A stretch of DNA of 64,000 bases, taken from assembly GCA_963777315.1 (NCBI GenBank), contig CAVZQC010000005.1, positions 64,001 to 128,000 on the forward strand, written 5' to 3'. Every line of letters begins with the position of its first letter. Position 1 is the stretch's first letter. Under the pieces are notes generated by a model. The model saw nothing but the letters and a program-made list of their open reading frames with translations. It was not told where the DNA came from and searched no databases. The stretch comes from Vulcanimicrobiota bacterium. GTDB lineage: Bacteria; Vulcanimicrobiota; Vulcanimicrobiia; Vulcanimicrobiales; Vulcanimicrobiaceae. This document shows, piece after piece, positions 1-10,675 of this stretch. The position numbers were made by a program, and so were the translations under genes.

Positions 1-590
1 GGGCCGCCGGACGCAAACGCCGCATCGTAGGCTGAAAAAAGCAGTTCGGCGTTCTTGCGCCGTTCGCAACCGCCCAAAAACAGCATGTAGGCTTGTTCGC
101 ACAGCACCGTGGGCGGATGCCAGAACGGCGAGGGCGCGTTGGGGACGATGTCGATGCGCGCCGGATGCACGCCGGTTGCCTCCTGGAGCGCTCGCGACGT
201 CCAGCGCGAAACGGCGAAGATTCGGTCGGAGCGTGCGAGCGCGCGGCGGATCGGCACCTGCTCGCGGCGCCGTCCGATAAAATCACGGCGCGGAAAGGTA
301 AAAGCGAACGGATCGTGGATCGTGACGACGCTTGGCGCATGCGGCGCAAAGCGCATGCCGTTCCAAGGATACCACATGGCATCGAATCGTTCTGCGCGCA
401 ACTCGCGTGCGGCGACGGTGCGGTACGGAAATTCCCGGCCAAGCGCGCGGGCTTGCGCGTTCGTGCGCGCGACGAGCGCTATTTCGCTGCCGTCCAAGCG
501 TCCCAAACTCTGCAGCGTTTGGCGTACGAGCCGTCCCATGCCGCGCCGGTCCGACGCAAGGTTCCAGGCGTCGACGCCTAGACGGATCAC
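1..590 (-). CDS. Glycosyltransferase family 4 protein (partial, runs off window start)
   Basis: GTG at 590-588 overlaps the upstream stop; translates VIRLGVDAWNL...VVTIHDPF...IFAVSRWT...MLFLGGCERRKNAELL, typical GT-B/GT4 motifs; absent from the ORF track because truncated. Confidence 0.85.
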   Translation of the reverse strand, partial: MIRLGVDAWNLASDRRGMGRLVRQTLQSLGRLDGSEIALVARTNAQARALGREFPYRTVAARELRAERFDAMWYPWNGMRFAPHAPSVVTIHDPFAFTFPRRDFIGRRREQVPIRRALARSDRIFAVSRWTSRALQEATGVHPARIDIVPNAPSPFWHPPTVLCEQAYMLFLGGCERRKNAELLFSAYDAAFASGG

Positions 591-1375
591 TTGGCCAGCT
601 GCGGCGCTACCGTGATCAGCAGTAAAGATAGACCGTTAAACGCGGCGTGCGTAATCATGTTCGACCACGCGCTGCCCGTCCGTACGTAGACGATGCACAG
701 GATGATTCCTCCGACGGCCAGCGGTAAACTGAGCGCAACGAGCATTGCCGGCGTAAACGGCTGCTGGGCGTGAGCCAGTCCGAAAAGAATCGAGCTGACG
801 ATCGCGCCCGGCCAGAAACCCCACCACTTGCGCATCGCGTTGAACAAAAAGATGCGAAACACGAACTCTTCGGTGACCGGCCCGACGACGATCGCGAACA
901 CCGCAAAGAGCAGTTTTTCCCAGCCTTTCATGTGCAAAAAGATGGCCACGGCGAGCTCTTGAATCTTCAAGTGCAGCACGCTCGTCAGAATGGATCCCAG
1001 CGCCGTAACGACGACGAACATCGCGATGACGGCCAGCACGATTTTGCCGGTATCCCGAGCGGCCGGCCACTGCAGGCCCAGGCCGCGCAATCCCGTCTTG
1101 GCGATCGCCGGCAAAACCAGCAACAAGTACAGCACGAGCACGACTTCGGCGGCGGACTGCAGCTCGATCCCGAACAGGCCCATGAGCGATCGCTGCAGGC
1201 CCGCGACGTCGACGCCGCGTCCGACGAACCAAACGATGCCGCCGACGATGATCACCGCCAGAAACACGATCGCGCCGCCGAGCAGCGTGAGGATCGCGGC
1301 CGCCGGCCGGAAGGCGTTAGGCGCGAAGGCGATCCGCCAGGCGGGCGAAGTCGGCGATGGCGAGCTGTTCTCCAC
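587..1375 (-). CDS. CPBP (CAAX protease-like, Abi) family intramembrane metalloprotease
   Basis: Multiple TM helices; motifs EEFVFR, FGLAH, HAAFN; GTG start at 1375 with GGAG upstream, overlapping the rsmA 3' end. Confidence 0.85.
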   Translation of the reverse strand: MENSSPSPTSPAWRIAFAPNAFRPAAAILTLLGGAIVFLAVIIVGGIVWFVGRGVDVAGLQRSLMGLFGIELQSAAEVVLVLYLLLVLPAIAKTGLRGLGLQWPAARDTGKIVLAVIAMFVVVTALGSILTSVLHLKIQELAVAIFLHMKGWEKLLFAVFAIVVGPVTEEFVFRIFLFNAMRKWWGFWPGAIVSSILFGLAHAQQPFTPAMLVALSLPLAVGGIILCIVYVRTGSAWSNMITHAAFNGLSLLLITVAPQLAK

Positions 1376-2153
1376 GTATCTCCGTATCCAGGCCGACGTC
1401 TCGTAATGCCTGCGCAGCCGACGCGCGCGGAACGCGCAGCGAGAGCGCAAGACTGTTGGCCAGTGTTTTCCGGCGGTACGCGAACGCCGCGCGCGCGACC
1501 TGCAGAAACCAGCGTTCGTCGCTCACGGCAACCGCGGGCGCCTCTCTTCGTACCAAAAGCAGCACCGCCGATTCGATCTTGGGGCGGGGGTAAAACGCGT
1601 CGGGACTCAAGCTGAAGACTTTCTCGATGCGCATTGCGTACTGCGCGGCAACGCTCAAGCTTCCGTATGCGGGCGTCGACGGCCGCGCGCGCAAGCGGTC
1701 CGCAACCTCTTTTTGAACCATCACGGCGAGCAGCCGCGGCCCGTTGCGCAATTCGATCAGCCGCATGATCAGCGGCGTTGCGATGTTGTACGGCAGATTG
1801 CCGGCCATGCGCCAGGGCTGATCCTGCGCGAAAGCGGCGTAGTCGAACGCAAGCGCATCGGCTTGCACGATATGCGCCGCGCGCAGTTCCGGGCGCGATC
1901 GCACGATGCGCACCATGCCTGGATCGACTTCGATCGCAGTGACGTGCGCGCCGGCATCCAAGAGCGCTTGGGTAAGCTGTCCGGTTCCGGGGCCGATCTC
2001 AAGCACGCGCACTTCGCCGGACGGTTCGCGATCGCCGCCGCTGCACGCGAGCTGCGCGATACGCGCCGCCGCACCGCGATCCACGAGAAAGTGCTGCCCT
2101 AGGCGTTTCTTGGGCCGGTATCCGAACTGCTCGAGCAGCGCTCGCGGATGCAT
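1317..2153 (-). CDS. rsmA: 16S rRNA adenine dimethyltransferase KsgA/RsmA
   Basis: PKKRLGQHFL, VLEIGPGTG, GNLPYNI, MVQKEVADRL, RRKTLAN motifs. Confidence 0.95.
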   Translation of the reverse strand: MHPRALLEQFGYRPKKRLGQHFLVDRGAAARIAQLACSGGDREPSGEVRVLEIGPGTGQLTQALLDAGAHVTAIEVDPGMVRIVRSRPELRAAHIVQADALAFDYAAFAQDQPWRMAGNLPYNIATPLIMRLIELRNGPRLLAVMVQKEVADRLRARPSTPAYGSLSVAAQYAMRIEKVFSLSPDAFYPRPKIESAVLLLVRREAPAVAVSDERWFLQVARAAFAYRRKTLANSLALSLRVPRASAAQALRDVGLDTEIRGEQLAIADFARLADRLRA

Positions 2154-2172
2154 GTGAGAGCGCCGCTTCTCG

Positions 2173-3207
2173 TCAGCGCAGTTTAAAGACCTTTACTGCG
2201 CGCCGTCCGAACGCCATGGCATCGGACAGCGAGTTGAACCCCAAATCGATGCGATGCCCGACGATTGCGCCGCCCGTGTCGCCTGCAATCGCGAATCCAT
2301 AACCGGGAATGTAGAGTTTGCTGCCGAGCGGGATTATGCGCGGATCGACCGCGACGATTCCCTGTCCGGCGCGATAGCCCCCCGCGGTGTATCCGTCGCA
2401 CCCACTGCACTGCGCGGTGTAAGCGGTCGCCACCATATCGAGCGCGGCTGCCGCCAGATACGACGTTTTTTGCAGTCCGTGCCGGCCGAACTGCGCGATG
2501 GCGGCGTTGGTTCCGACGCCGTCGGCGACCACGCGCGCTCGCGGTTTGCGAACGAGTCGCCGGCTGACGACGTGCTTATGCAGCGTGCCGTCGGTTTTGG
2601 TGTAATCGACCATCGTGAGCGTCAAACCGGCTTGCCCGGCATTGACGATTTTGCTGCGTCCGGGCGGCAGAGAAAAATCGATCTCGTGCACCGTGCGCTG
2701 GGCGACGTGGTGCTTTTCGGTCGCAACCCATCGCACTATGCGCGCGATGCGAATCGTCGCGCCCGCCACAATCGGATCGGCCAGCGAGGGCCGAACGATG
2801 TCGTGCGGACCCAGCTGGATGCCTTGCTGTTCGAGCAGCGCGCCGACGTCGCCGGCGTTCGTGACGATAGTCGTAGTGCCGGACGCAGTTCTCAATTTGA
2901 CGGACACCGCGGGAGAATAGTCTATCGTCAAATTATCCGTCACCGGCGTATCCAAAGCCGGGTGCACGTAGTCTTGCGCACCGGGCGCGATGCCTCGCTC
3001 CGTGAGAAAATCCCCGACGGTTTTCGCTGCGGTGACGTGCCGGCTGGCAGTTCCCTGCGACTCGAAAATCACCACGTGGCCGGCGTTCGCCTGGAGCGCC
3101 GCGGCTGCGGCCAACGCCGGCTCACCGACGAAACACGCGCTTGCCAAAGCTATGCCCAGAACGGCGGCGAGAAGATGATTGATGCGGTTGACGCTGCGTC
3201 CGAGCAA
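2173..3207 (-). CDS. YabE-like cell wall protein (DUF348 repeats, G5 domain, 3D lytic transglycosylase domain)
   Basis: Signal/TM segment, TVGDFLTERGI and VGALLEQQGI repeats, C-terminal ATAYT...AVDPRIIP...GDTGGAI...RIDL; TTG start with AGGAG RBS; adjacent to rsmA as in Firmicutes. Confidence 0.88.
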   Translation of the reverse strand: MLGRSVNRINHLLAAVLGIALASACFVGEPALAAAAALQANAGHVVIFESQGTASRHVTAAKTVGDFLTERGIAPGAQDYVHPALDTPVTDNLTIDYSPAVSVKLRTASGTTTIVTNAGDVGALLEQQGIQLGPHDIVRPSLADPIVAGATIRIARIVRWVATEKHHVAQRTVHEIDFSLPPGRSKIVNAGQAGLTLTMVDYTKTDGTLHKHVVSRRLVRKPRARVVADGVGTNAAIAQFGRHGLQKTSYLAAAALDMVATAYTAQCSGCDGYTAGGYRAGQGIVAVDPRIIPLGSKLYIPGYGFAIAGDTGGAIVGHRIDLGFNSLSDAMAFGRRAVKVFKLR

Positions 3208-3405
3208 CCCAACTCCTTTCCTGGCGGAACGCACGGCGGGGCCGAGGGCCGCTCCAAACCGGCAAGCCGGAGGGAGGGCCGGAAAGCGGCGATGCGATCC
3301 GTGGAGACAGTACATTGGCGGCGCGTCACCGGCGCATACCGACGCGCCGTGGCGACCACGAGCTCCTGTCCCGGCACTGTGCGGCCGGACAGGACTGACC
3401 CGCGG

Positions 3406-3414
3406 ACTATATCA
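3406..3414 (-). promoter_or_regulatory. Extended -10 promoter (TG-A-TATAGT) for the yabE-like gene, giving a ~190 nt leader
   Basis: Minus strand reads gcgTGaTATAGT. Confidence 0.5.
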
Positions 3415-3528
3415 CGCCTTTACAAAGCGGCGTATACGGCTAAAGTCACAGCACTGCTCGGGACCAAGCTTGCGGTTTGCGTGCGTTCCGAGGCCTGCGC
3501 CGGGCGGGTACATAACCTTCGGCCAAGC

Positions 3529-4692
3529 ATGCGCGTCGGATTTTTCACCGAGGTCTACCACCCCATCGTCAACGGCATCGTCGCTTCAATCGACGGTCTG
3601 GCCGAGGGTTTGCGCGCGCTGGGGCACCAAGTGTACTGCTTCACCCCGCGCGTTCCGGGCTACGTCGAAAACGACGGCCCCGTTTACCGCATGCCTTCGC
3701 TGCCGCTTCCGATTTCCACGCCGTATCGTTTGACGGTGCCGCTGGTGAGCCGCCGCAACCGGCATGCGATCGTCAATCGTCTGAACGTGCTGCACGCGCA
3801 TTCCCCATTCGTGACGGGCTGGATGGCGGTGCGCTACGCTCGCCGGCTGCGCATTCCGTTGGTCTACACCTATCACACGCGCTTGGAAGAGTACGCGCAT
3901 TACGTGCCCTTCGACGCAAATGCCACGCGGCGCGCCGCGGCTACGCTCACGCGAAACTTTGCCAATCTGGCCGACGCAGTCATCGTTCCGACGCCGGCGA
4001 TGCGCGAACGCTTGGCCGAGCTGGGCGTTACCTCCGCGGTCGAGGTCGTTCCCAGCGGAATCGATCTGCGCCGGTTCGGAGCCGGAAAGCGCAGCGCCAA
4101 ACTGCGGGCTTCGCTCAACGTCGGGCCCGGCGAGCGGCTCTTCGTTTTCGTTTCGCGCTTAGCGCGCGAAAAGAACATCGAAGTTCTCATCGAAGCGCTT
4201 GCGCTTTGCCCGATTCCGGCGCGTCTGGCCCTCGCGGGCGACGGCCCGGAGCGCCAAGCGCTGGCGGATTTGGCGTCCCGCCTGGGGGTCCTGGACCGCG
4301 TGGCTTTCCTAGGCTCGATAGAGCGAGAGCGCCTGCCCGACCTGTACGCGAGCGCGGACGCTTTCGTGTTCGCGAGCATGACCGAAACGCAGGGTCTGGT
4401 TTTGGCCGAAGCGCTTGCGGCCGGGGCCCTCGTGGTAGCGGCGGACGCCCCGCAGATTCGCGAAGTGCTCGGGGACGCAGGCCGGGTAGTAGAGCCGTCC
4501 GCAAAGGCGCTCGCGGCTGCGATGGCCGCCGTTCCCGTCGAGCCGGACGGCGTGAAAGCGGTCGCGGCACGGGCTGCCGCCGGGCGCTTCGGCATCGAGG
4601 AGCAAGCTCGTAAAGTCGCCGCGATCTATGCCAGGCTTCACGAGCCGGCCTTGGGGACTTCGGTAGTTGACTCGAACATATGTTCGATATAA
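3529..4692 (+). CDS. Glycosyltransferase family 4 (diacylglycerol glucosyltransferase-like)
   Basis: MRVGFFTEVYHPIVNGI, HAHSPF, YTYHTR, SRLAREKN, ETQGLVLAEA; real start is the ATG at 3529 within the longer called ORF. Confidence 0.88.
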   Translation: MRVGFFTEVYHPIVNGIVASIDGLAEGLRALGHQVYCFTPRVPGYVENDGPVYRMPSLPLPISTPYRLTVPLVSRRNRHAIVNRLNVLHAHSPFVTGWMAVRYARRLRIPLVYTYHTRLEEYAHYVPFDANATRRAAATLTRNFANLADAVIVPTPAMRERLAELGVTSAVEVVPSGIDLRRFGAGKRSAKLRASLNVGPGERLFVFVSRLAREKNIEVLIEALALCPIPARLALAGDGPERQALADLASRLGVLDRVAFLGSIERERLPDLYASADAFVFASMTETQGLVLAEALAAGALVVAADAPQIREVLGDAGRVVEPSAKALAAAMAAVPVEPDGVKAVAARAAAGRFGIEEQARKVAAIYARLHEPALGTSVVDSNICSI

Positions 4693-4695
4693 AAT
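4667..4695 (+). promoter_or_regulatory. Sigma70-type promoter TTGACT-17bp-TAAAAT with a LexA-type SOS box (TCGAACATATGTTCGA, 4672-4687) in the spacer
   Basis: Perfect 16-bp palindrome matching the Gram-positive/actinobacterial CGAAC-N4-GTTCG LexA consensus, between near-consensus -35 and -10. Confidence 0.85.
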
Positions 4696-4701
4696 ACGTC
4701 C

Positions 4702-5136
4702 ATGGACCATTTTTCAGCTTCGGGCAAGGGCGGCGTGACGGCCGTCGGCATCGGTTTCGCGGCGGATGCGCACGGCAACGGCGTATGTTACGTGCGCATG
4801 GGCGGGTCCGCCGGGCAAGTCCTTCGGGTGCCGTTCTCGGTCAAGCGCTGTCCCGCACTCTGCGAGCGGGAAGTCGGCTATGCGGCCCTGCAGAGCGCGC
4901 TGACAGCGCTGCGGCGGCTCGGCCCGCACCGAATCCGGGTAGTCGTCGACGACGCGCGTTTGGCCGGAGACCTGCGCGAGCGTCGCGACGTGCCGGCGGC
5001 TCTGGGTCTGGCGTACGTGAAGTTGCGGTGTGCGCTCAACCAATTTCACGAGTACGCAATCGACGGTTCATCCAAAAGCGCGCGCGATCTCACCGCGCGC
5101 GCCCGATCCGAGATCGCGATGCAGGCGGCGGCCTAA
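4702..5136 (+). CDS. Hypothetical protein with degenerate RNase HI-like fold
   Basis: REVGYAALQSALTALRRLGPHRIRVVVDDARLAGDL...ARDLTARAR resembles the NEAEYxAL...VxVxGDSxLV...ADxLA pattern of RNase HI-like proteins, with several catalytic acids absent. Confidence 0.55.
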   Translation: MDHFSASGKGGVTAVGIGFAADAHGNGVCYVRMGGSAGQVLRVPFSVKRCPALCEREVGYAALQSALTALRRLGPHRIRVVVDDARLAGDLRERRDVPAALGLAYVKLRCALNQFHEYAIDGSSKSARDLTARARSEIAMQAAA

Positions 5137-5180
5137 CGCGAGTCTTGCCCGGCGCGTCGCCGAGCGCAACGCGTTAGCGC

Positions 5181-5780
5181 GTGCCGCGGTACCGTCGCCT
5201 GGGAACGGCGGAACTGCCCGTGGGTACCGTCGCGCTCGCCAAAGCTTTGATCGGATGCGCGCTCGTCCGTGACTGCCCGGAAGGGCGCACCGCGGGCCGG
5301 ATCGTCGAAACGGAAGCGTACGTCCTCGGCGATCCGGCCTCGCACGCGTATTCGGGACCGAGCAAACGCAACGCGTCGATGTTCCTTTCGCCGTTTCACG
5401 CCTATGTGTACAAGATCTACGGCACGTCGTTCTGCGTGAACGTGTCCAGCGAACCGGCCGGGCTTGGTGCGGCGGTCTTGATTCGCGCGTTGGAACCGCT
5501 CGAAGGCCTTCGTATAATGGAAGATCGCCGCAGCACGACGCGCGTGCGCGATCTCGCGCGCGGGCCGGGACGCTTGTGTCAAGCGCTCGACGTCGACTTA
5601 CGGCTCGACGGCGCGAACCTGATCGACGACCGCGGGCTATGGTTGGCAGCCGCCCCGGCGACCTCGCCGGACGTCGGCGCCGGCGTTCGCATCGGTTTGA
5701 CCAAGGCCGCGGAACGTTTGCTGCGATTTTACGAACGCGGCAACCCGTTCGTATCGGGCCCAAAGCGCCTCTCGCCCTAG
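5181..5780 (+). CDS. mpg: DNA-3-methyladenine glycosylase (MPG/AAG family)
   Basis: GRIVETEAY, DPASHAY, AYVYKIYG, AVLIRALEP, GPGRLCQAL, RIGLTKA motifs. Confidence 0.95.
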   Translation: MPRYRRLGTAELPVGTVALAKALIGCALVRDCPEGRTAGRIVETEAYVLGDPASHAYSGPSKRNASMFLSPFHAYVYKIYGTSFCVNVSSEPAGLGAAVLIRALEPLEGLRIMEDRRSTTRVRDLARGPGRLCQALDVDLRLDGANLIDDRGLWLAAAPATSPDVGAGVRIGLTKAAERLLRFYERGNPFVSGPKRLSP

Positions 5781-5803
5781 GGAACCTCTATTGCCTCGAA
5801 GCG

Positions 5804-5832
5804 TTGCGCGCCGGCTGGGGCTGTGTTATAGT
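5804..5832 (+). promoter_or_regulatory. Putative rho promoter TTGCGC-17bp-TATAGT with extended TG
   Basis: Direct reading; 17-bp spacing. Confidence 0.6.
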
Positions 5833-5936
5833 TTGCTCGTTCCTCACCGCTCACGTCACGACGAAATCTCGCGGCAGCCTCGCCCGATCTTTTTTCGCGT
5901 ATGCGGCGTGTGCGACTCTACGAGAGAGATAGTCCA

Positions 5937-7361
<1,425 letters not shown>

Positions 7362-7391
7362 TCCTCGTTGGAGCACGTTCGCCATCGAATC

Positions 7392-7423
7392 GCAAAACCG
7401 CATCCGTGCGGTTTTGCTGCTTT
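7392..7423 (+). terminator. Stem-loop after rho (possible terminator)
   Basis: GCAAAACCGCA-TCCG-TGCGGTTTTGC perfect 11-bp stem with a weak T tail. Confidence 0.5.
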
Positions 7424-7438
7424 AGTGGTTAGGGCTCG

Positions 7439-8167
7439 TTGAGCGATCGGATGCGGCTGCACAAATTCCTCGCGCATGCCGGCGTCGCGTCGCGGCGCGC
7501 CGCGGAGCAGCTGATCGCCGCGGGCAAAGTCCGCGTGAACGGCACGGTCGTGCGCGAGCTCGGAACGATCGTCGGCAGCGAAGATCGCGTCGACGTCGGC
7601 GGCGCTGCCGTCGCGCTCGCGGCGCAGCCGACGTACCTCGTCATGCACAAGCCGGCGGGCGTCATGACGACGATGCGCGATCCGCAAGGGCGGCGCACCG
7701 TCGCGGATCTGCTGCCCAAAGGGCTCGCGCGCATCGTCCCGGTCGGCCGTTTGGATTACGAAACCTCGGGCGTGCTGCTGCTCACCAACGACGGCGAGCT
7801 GGCCAACGTCCTCACCCACCCGCGTTTCGGCGTCGAGAAGACGTACCGCGCCGTGGTGCGGGGGCGGCTCGAGCCTGAGGCGATCCGACGGCTGCAAAGC
7901 GGGGTATGGCTTGACGAGTTCCGCGCGGGCGGCGCGCGCGTGCGCGTCGTCGCAGTTCGTCGAGACGCCTGCGTTTTGGATATAACGATTCATGAAGGCA
8001 AAAACCGGCAGGTACGCCGGATGTTTGAAGCCGTAGGACATCCGGTGGCGGCGCTGGCGCGTTTGCGCTTCGGTCCGCTCAAACTGGGAAATTTGCCTGC
8101 GGGGCACACCCGCGAACCGACGGATCGGGAACTCGCAAAACTGCGCCGTCTGCTTACGCCGCCATAG
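7439..8167 (+). CDS. rluB: rRNA pseudouridine synthase (RluB/RsuA family)
   Basis: S4 domain [24 protein letters not shown] catalytic motif, [10 protein letters not shown]. Confidence 0.88.
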   Translation: MSDRMRLHKFLAHAGVASRRAAEQLIAAGKVRVNGTVVRELGTIVGSEDRVDVGGAAVALAAQPTYLVMHKPAGVMTTMRDPQGRRTVADLLPKGLARIVPVGRLDYETSGVLLLTNDGELANVLTHPRFGVEKTYRAVVRGRLEPEAIRRLQSGVWLDEFRAGGARVRVVAVRRDACVLDITIHEGKNRQVRRMFEAVGHPVAALARLRFGPLKLGNLPAGHTREPTDRELAKLRRLLTPP

Positions 8168-8174
8168 GAAATCA

Positions 8175-9038
8175 ATGGATCGTCTGACCGCCCTTCCGCA
8201 CGCATACAAACTCGCGCGCCGCGACGCGCGAACGTCCCGCACGGTCGTGCGCTTGCCAAACGGCGCCTCGTTCGGCGGCGACGTGGTGGCGATCTGCGCG
8301 GGGCCGTGCAGCGTGGAGTCGCGCGAACAGATCGAAACGACGGCCAAAGCGGTCGCTGCACAGGGTGCGAACGTCCTTCGCGGGGGCGCGTTCAAGCCGC
8401 GCACGTCGCCCTACTCGTTTCAAGGTTTGGGCGCGGAAGGCCTCAAGCTGCTGCGCGCGGCGGCGGACCGCTACGGCATGGCCGTCGTGACCGAAGTGAT
8501 CGATCCGCGCGAGGTCGAGCTGGTCTGCGCGTATGCGGACATGCTGCAGATCGGAGCGCGCAACATGCAGAATTTCAGCTTGCTGCGCGAGGTGGGCGAG
8601 TCGTCAAGACCCGTGCTGCTCAAGCGCGGTTTTTCGGCAACGATCGAAGAGTGGGTCATGGCTGCGGAATACCTGCTCGTTGCGGGCAACGGCGACGTCG
8701 TGCTGTGCGAGCGCGGCATTCGATCGTTCGATAGCGCGACGCGCAATCTGCTGGACATCGCCGCTGTTCCACTCCTGCACGGTTTAACGCACCTGCCGGT
8801 GGTCGTGGACCCTTCGCACGGTACCGGCGTAGCCAAGCTCGTCGGACCGATGGCGCTCGCAGCTGTGGCATGCGGTGCCGACGGCCTGCTGGTCGAAGTT
8901 CATCCGGACCCGCCCGCGGCCGCGTCGGACGGACCCCAGTCGCTCACGTTCGAGCAATTCCAAGCGCTGATGCCGCAAATCGACGTAATAGCGCGTGCGT
9001 TGGGCCGCAGCGTTCCTTCCGCGACGCTGGCCGCTTAG
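8175..9038 (+). CDS. aroF: 3-deoxy-7-phosphoheptulonate (DAHP) synthase, class I-beta
   Basis: [41 protein letters not shown]. Confidence 0.93.
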   Translation: MDRLTALPHAYKLARRDARTSRTVVRLPNGASFGGDVVAICAGPCSVESREQIETTAKAVAAQGANVLRGGAFKPRTSPYSFQGLGAEGLKLLRAAADRYGMAVVTEVIDPREVELVCAYADMLQIGARNMQNFSLLREVGESSRPVLLKRGFSATIEEWVMAAEYLLVAGNGDVVLCERGIRSFDSATRNLLDIAAVPLLHGLTHLPVVVDPSHGTGVAKLVGPMALAAVACGADGLLVEVHPDPPAAASDGPQSLTFEQFQALMPQIDVIARALGRSVPSATLAA

Positions 9039-9172
9039 CGCCTGCCGGTCCGCTAGTCCGCTGGGGTGCCCGGCCGACGAAAGCCGTTTGAGTTGCGTTG
9101 AAGGGCGGTAGAAGGGAGGCGCCTTAGTCCTCCTTCATCTCGTACACAGCACTTCGAGGTAGGAACATAAGC

Positions 9173-10534
9173 ATGATTCGCACTTCTGGTCCGGCAGCGG
9201 CCCTTATCGCTTTCGCGGCGTGCGCGGCGTTCGCGCTGCCGGCGTCCGCGCAGTACGCGAACGAGTATTCGCCGCCCAAGTTAGTTCATCGCGGCAGCAC
9301 TTCCAAAGGGATTGCCGGCACCGGTACCGTGATCGTACAAGTTCAGGTCAACGCAGACGGCTCGCACAAAGCGCTGCGCGTGATCCATTCGAGCAATGCG
9401 GGCAACAATGCCGCGGCGCTCGACATCGCCCAGAACTCTTCGTACCGGCCCGCGCATCGCGGTGCGAAGGCCGTTACGGCATTCTACGACTTCACGCTCA
9501 AATTCACCGGAAAATCGGTGGCGGCGCAGGGTTCGAGCGTAGCCGGCGGATCTTCGGTGAGCGCGCAGATCGATCGCATGATCCGCGCGGGCAATTACTC
9601 GGGCGCGCAGGCCAAGGCTCAGCAGGCTCTGCAGAGCGCTCCGGACGATCCGGTCTTGTATTCGGAGTTGGGAGCCGCCAACTACTTCATGGCGCAGTAT
9701 CCCGAGGCCGCCGAGGCGTTTTCCAAAGCCTCCAACTTACCGCACGAGTTTACGCAGGTCGCGGCCAACGCGTACGTGCTGGCATCGCAAAAGCTGGTCA
9801 ACACCAATCCTTCGCAGTCGCTGGCCTACGCGCAGAAAGCGCTTGCGCTCTCGCCGCACAGCGGTGGCGCGTATTACGCTCTGGGTGCTGCGGAACTGGC
9901 TTCCGGCAATGCCGCGCAAGCCGCAACGGATCTGAAAAAAGCGCGCGACATCGTTTTTGCCGATCCCAAAACCGACGTCAAGTCCCGCGTCAACGTCGAC
10001 TCGGAGCTCTTCAGCGCCTATACCAAAGCGGGCGACGCCGCGCAGGCGCAAGCCACGATGAACGAGATCAAAAAACTCGATCCGAACAATGCAGCGGTCG
10101 GCACGATCATGACCAACTCGTACTTGACGCAGGGACAGGCAGCCGAGAAAGCCGGCAAGTACGACGAGGCAATCTCGTACTTCGAACAAGCCGCGGCCAG
10201 CGGCGGAAAGCAGGCGCAGGTCACAGCTTACACCTCGGCGGCGTTCGCATTTAACGAGATGCTCCAGAAGCAAAAGAATCCGGCGACGGTGCAGGACTAC
10301 GCCAAGATGAAGGGCTACGCCGACAAAGCCGTGGCAGCCGATCCAAACGACGCGCAAGCCAACTTTGCACAAGGCGTCGCGCTGGGCGGGGAGTACCTGG
10401 TGGGGGGCAAGGCGGACTCGTCGCTCAAGACGCAGGCACTGGCAGCGCTGGCCAAAGCCAAGTCCGGAGCGCAGTCGTCCCATAATTCCGCGCTGGCGCA
10501 GGCCATCGACAATTTCGTCAAACAGCTGCAGTAG
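9173..10534 (+). CDS. Secreted protein with N-terminal TonB C-terminal-type domain followed by TPR repeats
   Basis: Signal peptide ending ASA-Q; GTVIVQVQVNADGS...AAALDIAQNSSYRPA TonB_C pattern; Ala-rich helical repeats. Confidence 0.75.
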   Translation: MIRTSGPAAALIAFAACAAFALPASAQYANEYSPPKLVHRGSTSKGIAGTGTVIVQVQVNADGSHKALRVIHSSNAGNNAAALDIAQNSSYRPAHRGAKAVTAFYDFTLKFTGKSVAAQGSSVAGGSSVSAQIDRMIRAGNYSGAQAKAQQALQSAPDDPVLYSELGAANYFMAQYPEAAEAFSKASNLPHEFTQVAANAYVLASQKLVNTNPSQSLAYAQKALALSPHSGGAYYALGAAELASGNAAQAATDLKKARDIVFADPKTDVKSRVNVDSELFSAYTKAGDAAQAQATMNEIKKLDPNNAAVGTIMTNSYLTQGQAAEKAGKYDEAISYFEQAAASGGKQAQVTAYTSAAFAFNEMLQKQKNPATVQDYAKMKGYADKAVAADPNDAQANFAQGVALGGEYLVGGKADSSLKTQALAALAKAKSGAQSSHNSALAQAIDNFVKQLQ

Positions 10535-10675
10535 CAGGGGAGGGAAAGTACGAGGACTTTGCGGGGGGCTGGCCTAATGGTCCGCCTTCACGGAACGGGG
10601 GCGCCTGCCCCGTAAATTTTTGTACTGTCTAAGCGCACAATACGTTCCCGTAAAACGGGAGGGGTCGAAAAAATA

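Noticed and set aside
3208..3405. c-di-AMP (ydaO) riboswitch call
   Set aside because: Conserved GCTGAATC/GGGAACC/GTCAGCTAAC-type segments not seen; kept only as an unassigned structured leader
2254..3528. 812-aa ORF suggesting a large N-terminal extension on the glycosyltransferase
   Set aside because: The extension is antisense to the yabE-like gene and its leader; GT4 motifs begin at ATG 3529
10535..10675. Riboswitch upstream of exbB
   Set aside because: Only two short hairpins (ACGGGG/CCCCGT; TCCCGT/ACGGGA overlapping the SD); no cobalamin, TPP or c-di-GMP consensus recognised
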